Position numbers and translations under genes: made by a program. From an uncultured Chloroflexia bacterium (GTDB lineage Bacteria > Chloroflexota > Limnocylindria > Limnocylindrales > CSP1-4), in NCBI GenBank assembly GCA_963828165.1, contig CAWHDR010000001.1, positions 1,408,001 to 1,472,000 of the forward strand: DNA of 64,000 nt, written 5' to 3'. Below, piece by piece: positions 35,987 to 45,281 of this stretch. Each line of letters opens with the position of its first letter. Positions within the stretch are counted from its first letter, which is position 1. Under the pieces are notes generated by a model, which worked only from the letters and a program-made list of their open reading frames with translations, did not search any database and was not told the origin of the DNA.

Positions 35987-37000
35987 GTGTCCAGCCCCAC
36001 CGTAAGCCCCTCGGCGCGCGTCGCGCCGGTCGTCGACTCCACCGCGCGGCCGCCCATGGTCGGATTCGGCATCGTCATCGGTGCCGCGGCGCTCTTCGGG
36101 ACGCTCGGACCGCTGGCGCGGTTCGCCTACGACGCCGGGATGGAGCCCGCTGGGTTCGTCGCCTGGCGCGCGTTGATCGCCCTCATCGGCACGAGCGTCT
36201 ATGTCGCCTGGCGTGTCCGGCGCGGCTCGACGCGGTTGGTCCGCCTGAGCGAACTGCGAGCGCGGAGCCGGATGCTGTTGCTGCTCGCGGCGGTCATGGG
36301 CTTCACCCTCAATCTGTTCATGTTCATCGCCTTCGATCGGATCACCATCGCGCTCGCCTTGCTCGGCTTCTACACCTACCCGGCGATGGTCGCGGTCGCG
36401 AATGTCGCTTTGGGGCGGGAGGCCCTCGATCGCACGCGCGTCATCGCCTTGGGGCTGGCGGTCCTGGGCATGATCGCGGTCGTAGCGTCGCAATTGGATC
36501 CGGCGGGAGCGATCCGGCTGGACGCGATCGGCATCGGCCTCGCCCTCGGTGCGGCAGTCAGCCAGACCGTGTTCGTGGTCATCAGCCGCGACGGCTACTC
36601 CGAGGTCCCGACAGATCAGGCGATGGCGATCGTGCTGCTGGTCACGGTGCTGGGTTCCGTCGCTCTGGCGGTCTTCAGCGGGGCCCTGCCTTCGCTCGTG
36701 TATCCGGTGGAGTCTCCGGACGTGTTGCCGCTGCTGCTGTTCACGGGCATCTTCGCAGCGGCCATCCCGTCACTCGGGTTCCTGACCGGGATCCGCGCGA
36801 TCGGTGGGACGCGGGCCGGCATCCTGATGCTGTTCGAGCCGGTCGTCGGTGTCGCACTCGCGGCCTGGCTCCTCAGCGAAGACCTGGCGCCCGTCCAGCT
36901 CGTGGGCGCGGCAGCCATCCTGGCCGCGGCCCTGCTCCTCCAGCGCTCGGCGAGCGGGCCTGACACGGACCGCGTGCCGGTCGTTCCCGGCGGACCCTAG
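35987..37000 (+). CDS. DMT/EamA family transporter
   Basis: 10-TM pattern, FYTYP, AGILMLFEPVVG. Confidence 0.9.
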   Translation: MSSPTVSPSARVAPVVDSTARPPMVGFGIVIGAAALFGTLGPLARFAYDAGMEPAGFVAWRALIALIGTSVYVAWRVRRGSTRLVRLSELRARSRMLLLLAAVMGFTLNLFMFIAFDRITIALALLGFYTYPAMVAVANVALGREALDRTRVIALGLAVLGMIAVVASQLDPAGAIRLDAIGIGLALGAAVSQTVFVVISRDGYSEVPTDQAMAIVLLVTVLGSVALAVFSGALPSLVYPVESPDVLPLLLFTGIFAAAIPSLGFLTGIRAIGGTRAGILMLFEPVVGVALAAWLLSEDLAPVQLVGAAAILAAALLLQRSASGPDTDRVPVVPGGP

Positions 37001-37017
37001 GTCGGACGGACCAACCA

Positions 37018-37704
37018 ATGCCGCCCAGAGCCGCACCGATCCGGATCCTGCTCGTTGACGACCACGCGATGGTTCGTCGCGGGATGCGCGATTTCCTGGC
37101 GTTGCACGAGGACCTCGAGATCGTGGGCGAGGCCGCCGACGGGGCGGCCGCGATCGAGCAGGCCGCCGTGCTCCGGCCCGACGTCGTCGTCATGGACCTG
37201 CTGATGCCCGGGGTCGACGGCATCGATGCGACCGCCCGCATCAGGGCCGCGGACCCCGACATCGAGATCGTCGCGATCACGAGCTTCATCGAGGAGGGGC
37301 GGATCGTGGCGGCCCTCGAGGCCGGTGCGTCCGGGTTCCTGCTGAAGGACGCCGAGGCCGATGAGCTGGCGGCGGCGATCCGCGCCGCGGCGTCCGGCGA
37401 GGTGCATCTGGACCCGGCGGTGGCCGGGATCGTCGCACGCCGGATGCGCAGCCGGGCGGGCGGGGCCACGGGCACCGGCGTCGGCTCGGACGGGGACGCG
37501 CTGGGCGGCCTCACGGCGCGCGAGCGGGACGTGCTCAGCGCCGTCGCGCGTGGGCTATCGAACCGGGCGATCGCGAACGAGCTCGGCATCACGGAGCGGA
37601 CCGCGCGCACCCACGTGTCGAACATCCTGGCCAAGCTCGGCCTCGCGAGCCGGACGCAGGCCGCCCTGCTCGCGGTCCAGCACGGCCTGGATCGCCCCAC
37701 GTGA
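37018..37704 (+). CDS. NarL/LuxR-family response regulator
   Basis: VDDH, PDVVVMDLLMP, GFLLKD, LTARERDVL..GLSNRAIA..L..TERTARTHVSNIL. Confidence 0.96.
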   Translation: MPPRAAPIRILLVDDHAMVRRGMRDFLALHEDLEIVGEAADGAAAIEQAAVLRPDVVVMDLLMPGVDGIDATARIRAADPDIEIVAITSFIEEGRIVAALEAGASGFLLKDAEADELAAAIRAAASGEVHLDPAVAGIVARRMRSRAGGATGTGVGSDGDALGGLTARERDVLSAVARGLSNRAIANELGITERTARTHVSNILAKLGLASRTQAALLAVQHGLDRPT

Positions 37705-38534
37705 GCGAAAGCGCCTACGACATCGACGGACCCGCCGACGGGCCTCCGATCGTCTTCGTCCACGGGACTCGGTTGAGCCGCACGATGTGGCGCGCCCAGA
37801 TGGACGACCTGCGAGACACCTATCGCGTGGTCGCCGTCGATCTCCCCGGGCACGGCCGGCTCGCCGACCGCCGCTTCACTGTCGCGGGGGCAGCCGACGC
37901 GGTCGCTGACGCCATCGAGACCGCGGGCGGCGGGCATGCCGTCGTCGTCGGCCTGTCGCTCGGGGGCTACGTCGCGATGGACCTGGCGGCTCGTCGTTCC
38001 GAGCTCATCCGCGGCCTCGTCCTGTCCGGGGCGACCGCCGAACCGGTCGGGGCGCTCGCCACGCCGTTTCGGGCCCTCGCCTGGGTCATGGATCGGTTCG
38101 ACGGCCCCGCGCTCGATGCATTCAATGCCTGGTTCTTCCGGACGCGGTTCTCCCCGGCGATCGCCGAGCCGGTCGTCGCCGGCGGCTTCTGGACGGCCGG
38201 CGGTGCGCAGGCCCTGCGAGCCATCGTCGGCGAGCGCTTCAAGCCGCGTCTTGCCGAGTATCCCGGATCCACCCTCATCCTCAACGGCGAATGGGACCCG
38301 CTCTTCCGGCCGGGTGCGGGCGCCTTCGCTCGCGCCGCCGCGGATGCTCGCCGGGTGCGGCTGCGGGGCGCCACCCACCTCGCAAACCTCGACCGGCCAG
38401 GGGCGTTCAGCCTCGCCGTACGTCGCTTCGTGGAGTCGCTCCCCCCGCTCGTTCGAGCCGTCGGCGAACCCGGCGTCCACCGGCGTGGAGAAGGTCCGGT
38501 GCTAGACTTGGCCGACTCACCCCGCGTCCCCTGA
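37701..38534 (+). CDS. Alpha/beta fold hydrolase
   Basis: VFVHG, DLPGHG, GLSLGG, GEWD, ATH. Confidence 0.92.
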   Translation: MSESAYDIDGPADGPPIVFVHGTRLSRTMWRAQMDDLRDTYRVVAVDLPGHGRLADRRFTVAGAADAVADAIETAGGGHAVVVGLSLGGYVAMDLAARRSELIRGLVLSGATAEPVGALATPFRALAWVMDRFDGPALDAFNAWFFRTRFSPAIAEPVVAGGFWTAGGAQALRAIVGERFKPRLAEYPGSTLILNGEWDPLFRPGAGAFARAAADARRVRLRGATHLANLDRPGAFSLAVRRFVESLPPLVRAVGEPGVHRRGEGPVLDLADSPRVP

Positions 38535-38555
38535 CACCCTACCGACCGAGGTTCG

Positions 38556-39434
38556 ATGCGCGTCCGTAAAGCCGTTTTCCCTGCCGCCGGCTGGGGCACC
38601 CGCTTCCTGCCTGCGACCAAAGCGCAGCCAAAAGAGATGCTGCCGCTGGTCGATAAGCCGATCATCCAGTACGGCGTCGAAGAGGCGGTGGCCGCCGGGA
38701 TCGAGCAGATCATCATCGTGACCTCGACCCACAAGGGCGCGATCGAGGACCACTTCGACCTCAACTACGAGCTCGAGCACCTGCTCGAGGAGAAGGGCGA
38801 GATCGAGAAGCTCCGCCAGGTTCGGGCGATCACTGACCTGGCCCAGCTCGCCTATGTCCGACAGAAGGAACAGCTCGGCCTGGGGCATGCGGTGCTCATG
38901 GCCAAGGACCTGATCGGCCACGAGCCGTTCGCGGTCATCCTGCCCGACGACGTGTGCATCGGGGAGCGTCCGGTCATCGGCCAGCTCATCCACGCGTACC
39001 ACCAGACCCACGGTTCGGTGGTCGCGGTCATGGAGGTCCCGCCCGAGGAGACGAGCCGCTACGGCGTCATCGCCAGCGAGCCGACGGAGGACCCCCTCGA
39101 CCATGGGCGGTTGCACAGGGTCACGCGGCTCGTCGAGAAGCCGGCCCCCAAGGACGCGCCGTCCAACCTCGGGATCATCGGCCGCTACGTCCTGACGCCA
39201 AAGATCTTCGACAAGCTCGAGCAGACGCAGCGCGGTGCCGGTGGCGAGATCCAGCTCACCGATGCGATCCAGGCCCTCATGGAGGAGCAGCAGGTCTTCG
39301 CCTACGCGTTCGAGGGCGTCCGCTACGACGCGGGCACCACGATGGGCTGGCTGAAGGCCTCGGTCGAGCTGGCCCTCCAGCGACCCGAGCTCGGTCCGGA
39401 ATTCCGGACGTACCTGGCGGGCCTCCAGACCTAG
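38556..39434 (+). CDS. galU: UTP--glucose-1-phosphate uridylyltransferase
   Basis: KAVFPAAGWGTRFLPATKAQPKEMLP, LGLGHAV, VEKP, GEIQLTDAI. Confidence 0.97.
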   Translation: MRVRKAVFPAAGWGTRFLPATKAQPKEMLPLVDKPIIQYGVEEAVAAGIEQIIIVTSTHKGAIEDHFDLNYELEHLLEEKGEIEKLRQVRAITDLAQLAYVRQKEQLGLGHAVLMAKDLIGHEPFAVILPDDVCIGERPVIGQLIHAYHQTHGSVVAVMEVPPEETSRYGVIASEPTEDPLDHGRLHRVTRLVEKPAPKDAPSNLGIIGRYVLTPKIFDKLEQTQRGAGGEIQLTDAIQALMEEQQVFAYAFEGVRYDAGTTMGWLKASVELALQRPELGPEFRTYLAGLQT

Positions 39435-39477
39435 CCGCGCGCGCGGCGTCCATCGGGGCGTTTGCGAGACTTTTGCG

Positions 39478-39707
39478 GTGACGCCCGAGATCCTCGTGAT
39501 CGCCGCGATCCGCATCGCGGCGTCGTCGCGGCGGTCGGCCCGGCCCGGGCGGCCGGCTGGTCGCGTGCTCGGCTGGCGGCGGTGCTGCTCGTCCTGACCC
39601 TCGCGAAGGAGGCGCAGGAGTGGGCGATCCATGGCCGCCGCCTCTTCGACGGGATCAGCTCGCTCGAGTTCCTGGACCTCGTTCGCCGGGCCCTGACCGG
39701 CGGCTGA
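39478..39707 (+). pseudogene. Probable internally deleted membrane protein gene remnant
   Basis: GTG-start MTPEILVIAAIRIA joined out of frame to coding-like AAVLLVLTLAKEAQEWAIHGRRLFDGISSLEFLDLVRRALTGG*. Confidence 0.45.
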
Positions 39708-39784
39708 TCGTGCCCCCGTGGGGTACGATGCGGGCCGGAGCGCGTCGCGAACGGCGGCGCGCCGAACCTTGTCGAGGGGCACGT

Positions 39785-41458
39785 TTGGCCGAGATCGGGA
39801 CCATCTTTGGCGGCCGCTACCGACTCGTGGAGCTGCTGGGCCAGGGTGGCATGGCGACCATCTTCCGCGCGCTCGACACGCAGCTTGGGCGCGAGGTCGC
39901 GGTCAAGCTGTTGCGGCCCGAGTACCTGCGCGATCCCGACTTCTCGTCGCGCTTCCGCCAGGAGGCGCAGAACGCCGCTTCACTGAGCCACCCGAACGTC
40001 GTCACCGTGTACGAATACGGCGAGGACCCCGCCGGGCCGTTCATCGTCATGGAGTACGTCGACGGCGAGGACCTGGCATCGATCCTGCGCCGGAATGGCG
40101 CCCTGCCGCCGACCCAGGCGGCACGTATCGCCGCCGGCGTCGCCCGCGCCCTCGCGGCGAGTCATGCCCGAGGGATCGTTCATCGAGATGTGAAGCCCGG
40201 CAACGTGCTGATCGCGCGGGACGGCCGGGTGAAGGTCGTCGACTTCGGGATCGCCCGGGCCATCGCCGAGGCGCAGATGACGATGCCTGGGACGACCCTG
40301 GGCTCGGTCCACTACTTCAGCCCGGAGCAGGCGCGCGGCGAGCTGGCGACCAGCGAGTCCGACATCTTCTCGCTGGGAATCGTGCTCTACGAGATGCTGA
40401 CCGGCAGCCGGCCGTGGGAGGGCGACAGCGCGGCCGGCGTGGCGCTCGCCCGACTCAGCGGGCCGATCCCCGATCCCGCACTCGTTCGTGGGTCGATCCC
40501 GCCGGATCTCGCGGCGATCACGCGCAAGGCCCTGGCCCGGCTGCCGAGCGATCGCTTCGCCTCGGCGGCTGCGATGGCCGACGCCCTCGAGTCGTCACGA
40601 AGCTCGGCGGGCGCGTCGGCGGCCGCCGGGGGAGCAGCGGCAGCGGGTGGCATCGCACGGTCGAACCCGACCGTGGTCTCGTATCCGCCTGACGCCTACG
40701 CCGGCTCCGACGACGCCCGGGCCGCAGGGGCGCGCCCCGTCGCCGACCGATCACGCGCTCCGATCGGACCAGACGAGGAGCCGCCGGGCGGCACGAGCCC
40801 CGTCGTATGGCTGGCCGGGCTCATCGCCATCGCGCTGCTTGCGGCCGTTGCCTTCCTCGTCTTCCAGCTGCTGTCCGGTCCGCCGACGAACGAAACGACC
40901 GACGTGGAAGTCCCGCAGTTCGTCGGCACACTGATCGCCGACGCGACCCGGGAGGCGGACGGTCTGGGCCTGATCCTCGAGCCGGTCAACGTGCCGTCCG
41001 ACCAGCCGGTGGGGACGATCCTCACCCAGGACCCGCCGGAGGGAACGGTGGTCGCGCCGGGCGCCACCGTCAACGTGACGGTCGCCCAGGGTCTCGAGAC
41101 GGTCCCGACGCCGAACCTGCGCAACAAGACGGAGGCCCAGGCGGTCCAGGAGATCGTGACGGCCGGCCTCGTGCCGGGGACGAAGACCGAGGCCTTCGAC
41201 GCCACCGTGCCCGAGGGCCTCGTCGCGGCGCAGAACCCGGCGCCCGGTGTCGTCGTCGCGAAGGGATCGCCGGTCGACTACACGGTCTCGCAGGGTCAGG
41301 AGCCAAGCCCGACACCAAGCCCGACGCCGACGCCGACGCCGACGCCCACGCCGACTCCCACGCCCACGCCCACACCCACGCCGACTCCCACACCCACACC
41401 GACACCGACGCCGGAGGTCAGCGAGCCGCCACCATCCTTGGAGCCGCCACCGGCGTGA
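39785..41458 (+). CDS. pknB: PASTA-domain Ser/Thr protein kinase (PknB-like)
   Basis: LGQGGMA, VAVK, HRDVKPGN, DFGIA, YFSPEQ; TM; two PASTA repeats; PT tail; TTG start. Confidence 0.92.
   Translation: MAEIGTIFGGRYRLVELLGQGGMATIFRALDTQLGREVAVKLLRPEYLRDPDFSSRFRQEAQNAASLSHPNVVTVYEYGEDPAGPFIVMEYVDGEDLASILRRNGALPPTQAARIAAGVARALAASHARGIVHRDVKPGNVLIARDGRVKVVDFGIARAIAEAQMTMPGTTLGSVHYFSPEQARGELATSESDIFSLGIVLYEMLTGSRPWEGDSAAGVALARLSGPIPDPALVRGSIPPDLAAITRKALARLPSDRFASAAAMADALESSRSSAGASAAAGGAAAAGGIARSNPTVVSYPPDAYAGSDDARAAGARPVADRSRAPIGPDEEPPGGTSPVVWLAGLIAIALLAAVAFLVFQLLSGPPTNETTDVEVPQFVGTLIADATREADGLGLILEPVNVPSDQPVGTILTQDPPEGTVVAPGATVNVTVAQGLETVPTPNLRNKTEAQAVQEIVTAGLVPGTKTEAFDATVPEGLVAAQNPAPGVVVAKGSPVDYTVSQGQEPSPTPSPTPTPTPTPTPTPTPTPTPTPTPTPTPTPTPEVSEPPPSLEPPPA
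41305..41412 (+). repeat. (PT)n coding low-complexity repeat
   Basis: ccgacg/cccacg/cccaca hexamer run. Confidence 0.85.
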
Positions 41459-41503
41459 CCCTTCGGGCTCCGTGCCCGACGGGCCCGCTGCGCCGGGACG
41501 CGT

Positions 41504-41965
41504 CTACCGGTCGGGGTCGCCCCACAGGCTCCAGCCTGGTTCGCCGGCCGGCGGCAGTGGAGGCGGGACGAACGCCGGCGAGTCGGAACTCGGTGCGGTC
41601 GCCTCCAGGTCCGGCCCCGCGGGTTCGATGCTCGCCACGGGAGGCTGCGCTGCCTGCAGACCGTGGACCTCGATGAACTCGAGCGGTGCCGGACGACCCG
41701 GTGGCGGTGCCTCGTCGTCCGTCGTCCGGGTCGACGCCACGAGCGGCGCGCCCGCGCCGCCGGCCGCTGCCTCCCAGCACGCCCGGATCTCATCGCCGGT
41801 CAGCGGCTGGCGCCGACGATCGAGGCCGCAGTAGCCGAGTGAGCCCGCCACCGACCGGCGGAAGCTGCGACAGGTGCCACAGGCGGTGGAGGACCGTCGG
41901 CAGACCCAGCACCTGGCCGTCTCGGCCTGGGGGGTCCCGCAATGCGGACAACGCCACATCGGCAT
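41504..41965 (-). CDS. Small Cys-rich putative zinc-finger protein
   Basis: WRCPHC, CWVC, CGTC, GYC, RACW; TACCAT -10 6 nt upstream of ATG. Confidence 0.75.
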   Translation of the reverse strand: MPMWRCPHCGTPQAETARCWVCRRSSTACGTCRSFRRSVAGSLGYCGLDRRRQPLTGDEIRACWEAAAGGAGAPLVASTRTTDDEAPPPGRPAPLEFIEVHGLQAAQPPVASIEPAGPDLEATAPSSDSPAFVPPPLPPAGEPGWSLWGDPDR

Positions 41966-42024
41966 GGCTGGATGGTAGTCTGCGATCGGGAGGCCTGTCG
42001 AGCATCCTCGGGGAGGGGTGGCGC

Positions 42025-43224
42025 CTACTTCTTGACGGTGAGGGCGGTCTCGTCCGTGGTTCGTCCGAAGTCCTCGGTCTGGACGAGGACGCCGGCCGGG
42101 CCGGATCCGCGGGTCGCGCCACGCGGGATCGTCGTTTCGAAGACCGCACGGCCGTTCGCATCCGTCGTGGCGTCGCCGGTAACAGGCCGAACCCCTGGGA
42201 TGGTGAGCGTGAACGTGACTCGCGCGCCGGAGAGCGGTTTCCCATCTGGATCGTCGACGGTGACCGTGAGCCGGATCGCCTGCGGCAGGTTGGCCTGGCT
42301 GATCGAGTACGCGGAGGCGCTCAGCGAGGCACGCAACCGGCCGGAGCCGCGAGTGACGGTCAGCTCGAGCTCGTTGACGTTGCCCGCCGGGTCGGTCGCC
42401 GTGAGCTTGAGTGGGTTCGCGCCCTTCGCGATCGGCAGCGTCAGCTCGAACGTGCCGTCGTTCGCGGCGGTCCCGGATACGGAGTCGCCCGTCTCCTGGT
42501 TGCGAACGATGAGCGTCGTCCGCCCCTGGGTACGACCTTCGAGCGTGACCGCCTTGCGATTGATCACGGCCTCGTGCCGCGGGGAGTTCAAGCGGATGGC
42601 CGGCTTGCTCAGGTCGAGGATCCAGCGGACCAGCGGCGACGACTCCGATTCGCCGCCGGGCCCCACGATCGTCACGCTGAAATCGTTGGTGCCCTTCGTC
42701 AGCGTCACGGGGATGATCGTCCGCTGGCCGGCGCCCAGCGGCGCCTCCTGGATGGGGGCCGGCGCCTGGTCCTTCAAGGCGAGATACACCCGCAGCCGGT
42801 GTTTCGCATCGCCGGCCAGGTCGCTCGGAACGATCACGACCAGGTCGACCGATTCCTGGTTCGTGTATGGCTCGCTCGGGGCCTCGATGCTGGGCGCCTG
42901 GTTCGTGACGACCGGCGTCGCCGCCGGGACCGGTGTCGCGGTCACGCCCGCGATGAAGTCCGAGACGGTGGAGCCCAGGGCACCGGCAACGGTCCCGAGC
43001 CCACCGGCTCCGAGGTAGATGACCCCGGCGCCGACCGCGAAGATCCCCGCCGCGAGCGCGATGCGACCGATGAGCGGGATGCCTCGGCTGCGCCGGATCG
43101 GGGTGCGAACCGACAGCCGGCCGGGTGCCGGCGCTCGAGGCCGGACCTTCACCGGCGCGGGTCGGCCGCTGGACGGAGGGCGTGGCCGAACGTGCGTGGG
43201 GCGCGATCCGCGCCGACTCGTCAT
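42025..43224 (-). CDS. Membrane-anchored protein with Ig-like domains
   Basis: Basic N-terminus, TM, LTKGTNDFSV / KGANPLKLTATDPAGN / TTDANGRAVF beta-sandwich motifs. Confidence 0.75.
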   Translation of the reverse strand: MTSRRGSRPTHVRPRPPSSGRPAPVKVRPRAPAPGRLSVRTPIRRSRGIPLIGRIALAAGIFAVGAGVIYLGAGGLGTVAGALGSTVSDFIAGVTATPVPAATPVVTNQAPSIEAPSEPYTNQESVDLVVIVPSDLAGDAKHRLRVYLALKDQAPAPIQEAPLGAGQRTIIPVTLTKGTNDFSVTIVGPGGESESSPLVRWILDLSKPAIRLNSPRHEAVINRKAVTLEGRTQGRTTLIVRNQETGDSVSGTAANDGTFELTLPIAKGANPLKLTATDPAGNVNELELTVTRGSGRLRASLSASAYSISQANLPQAIRLTVTVDDPDGKPLSGARVTFTLTIPGVRPVTGDATTDANGRAVFETTIPRGATRGSGPAGVLVQTEDFGRTTDETALTVKK

Positions 43225-43377
43225 CGGGCGGATTGTCGCACGCCGGTCCCGCGCTCGATTCCGATGGTGAAGGACGACGGCCCGTCCGCGTTTCAGTGAG
43301 CGTGTCGGAACGTGGCAGTGCGTTGTACTCTGGCGCGGTCGCGCGTGCCGCTGGCGCGCGCCGCAGCAGGAGTACGA

Positions 43378-43911
43378 GTGCAGGCCCGCGACCCTCGGAC
43401 CGGACGCGTACCCGGTGGCTATCAACAGGGTCAGCCGTCGCGCGCCCCGGAGCGTCGGTCCGGCGGTGGGCCCGGTGGCAACGCCGACGGCGGGACCGGC
43501 GGCGCGTCTGGGGGCGGGACCGGTGGCGGCCGGGGGGCCGGTGGCGGAAGCCGCCCGCCGAGCGGGCGCCCGGCCTTCGGGCTGGGGCCCATCGCACGCG
43601 TGACTCCTTCGCCCCTGGCCGAACGGAATGCCGCGTCGTTACCGACGATGCCCATGGGTCCGCGCGTCGGCTTCGGCCTGCCGAACCTGCGGCGCAACGT
43701 CTGCCCGCATTTCTACATGACGGGCTCGCGCGGCGCCATCCCCATCCAGGCGCCGCACCTGCTCAAGGCGCTGATCCGCCAGGATGCGAACGTGTCGCGC
43801 TGCCAGTTGCGCGGTGGCGTCCACCTCGACCAGGGCTACGTCAACGACGTGTGCCTGACGCCCCGCTTCAACCAGTGCGTCTTCTACGAGGACGAGCTGA
43901 CCCGCGAGTGA
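43378..43911 (+). CDS. Hypothetical protein (Gly-rich N-terminus, 4-Cys C-terminal domain) heading the fol operon
   Basis: AGGAG SD before GTG 43378; CPHF..C..C..CVFY; stop overlaps folC start (GTGA). Confidence 0.7.
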   Translation: MQARDPRTGRVPGGYQQGQPSRAPERRSGGGPGGNADGGTGGASGGGTGGGRGAGGGSRPPSGRPAFGLGPIARVTPSPLAERNAASLPTMPMGPRVGFGLPNLRRNVCPHFYMTGSRGAIPIQAPHLLKALIRQDANVSRCQLRGGVHLDQGYVNDVCLTPRFNQCVFYEDELTRE

Positions 43912-45281
43912 CCGATCCTGGCCCGCCATCGCCCCACCGCCCGGTAGCGCTCGACTACCACGAAGCCCTCGCCGCGCTCGCCGCTCGCGGCCGGTTCGGG
44001 ATCCGGATGGGCCTCGGCCGCACCCGGGCGCTCCTGCGGGCCGTCGGAGACCCGCAGCTCGCCGTTCGCGGGGCGCTGGTCGCCGGCACGAACGGTAAGG
44101 GCAGCGTGCTGGCCCTCGCGGGCAGCGCCCTGCGGGCCGCGGGGCTGCGCGTCGGCGAGACCCCCAAACCCCACCTCGTCACGTATCGCGAGCGCGTCGT
44201 CATCGACGGGCGGCCGATCGGGGTCGACGACTTCACCCGAAACGTGGAGGCCGTCCTCGCCGTTGCGGACCGGGTCGCACGCCGCCACGGCGACCCGACG
44301 GAGTTCGAGCTCCTGACGGCCGTGGTCTTCCGCCACTTCGCGGAGTCGGACCTCGATCTTGCGCTCGTGGAGGTTGGGCTGGGCGGCCGGCTCGATGCGA
44401 CTCATGCGTGGGACGGCGGCGTCGCGGTCGTCACCAACGTCGATCTCGATCACACGGACCGACTGGGGTCCACGATCGCGGCCATCGCGAAGGAGAAGGC
44501 CGCCATCATCGAGCGTGGCGATATCGCGGTCACGGGCGCGACCGGCGAAGCGCTCGAGATCATCGGGCGTCGCGCCCGACGGATGGCGGCGCCGCTGACG
44601 GTCGTAGAGCCGGCCACCCTGCTCGGATGGGACCGCGACGGCATCGACGTGGAGTTGCCGGGACTCGGCCCGACCCGGGTCGGTCTCCGCGGCCGGCACC
44701 AGGCGGCGAATGTCGCCGTCGCCGACGCCCTCCTCGACGCGCTCGGGGAGGCGGGCATCGCGGTCGTGGACCCGGATGCCCGGCGTCACGGGTATGCGAC
44801 CGCGGTCTGGCCGGGTCGTCTGGAGCTATTGGAGCTGGAGGACGGTCGTGAGGTCCTGCTCGACGGGGCGCACAACCCGGCCGGCGCCGCCGCGCTCGCA
44901 CGAGCGCTCGACGATCTGCGGCCGCACCTCACATCCGGGCCGTTGACCCTGGTCACGGCGTCCATGGCCGACAAGGACGTCGATGGTGTCGTGACGGCGC
45001 TCGGCGCGGCAGCGGCGCTTCGCGAGGCATCGGTGATCGCGACGAGCGTCGACGCCCCGCGCGCCATGCCGGCGCCTGAGCTCGCCGAGCGGTGGCGAAT
45101 CCTCACGGGCGCTGCCAGTGTGACCGCGGTCCCCGATCCGCTCGAGGCCCTCGAGGCGGCCATGACGGGACCCGGCACGACGGTCGTGGCCGGCTCGCTC
45201 TATCTTGTGGGCGCGGTCCGTGCCCATCTCGTCGACGACCCCGATCTGCGCGACCCCGATCCTGGAGCCCCAGCTCGATGA
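43908..45281 (+). CDS. folC: Folylpolyglutamate synthase/dihydrofolate synthase
   Basis: VAGTNGKGS, PHL..YRER, TEFE, EVGLGGRLDAT, WPGRLE, LDGAHNPAG, GSLYLVG. Confidence 0.96.
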   Translation: MTDPGPPSPHRPVALDYHEALAALAARGRFGIRMGLGRTRALLRAVGDPQLAVRGALVAGTNGKGSVLALAGSALRAAGLRVGETPKPHLVTYRERVVIDGRPIGVDDFTRNVEAVLAVADRVARRHGDPTEFELLTAVVFRHFAESDLDLALVEVGLGGRLDATHAWDGGVAVVTNVDLDHTDRLGSTIAAIAKEKAAIIERGDIAVTGATGEALEIIGRRARRMAAPLTVVEPATLLGWDRDGIDVELPGLGPTRVGLRGRHQAANVAVADALLDALGEAGIAVVDPDARRHGYATAVWPGRLELLELEDGREVLLDGAHNPAGAAALARALDDLRPHLTSGPLTLVTASMADKDVDGVVTALGAAAALREASVIATSVDAPRAMPAPELAERWRILTGAASVTAVPDPLEALEAAMTGPGTTVVAGSLYLVGAVRAHLVDDPDLRDPDPGAPAR

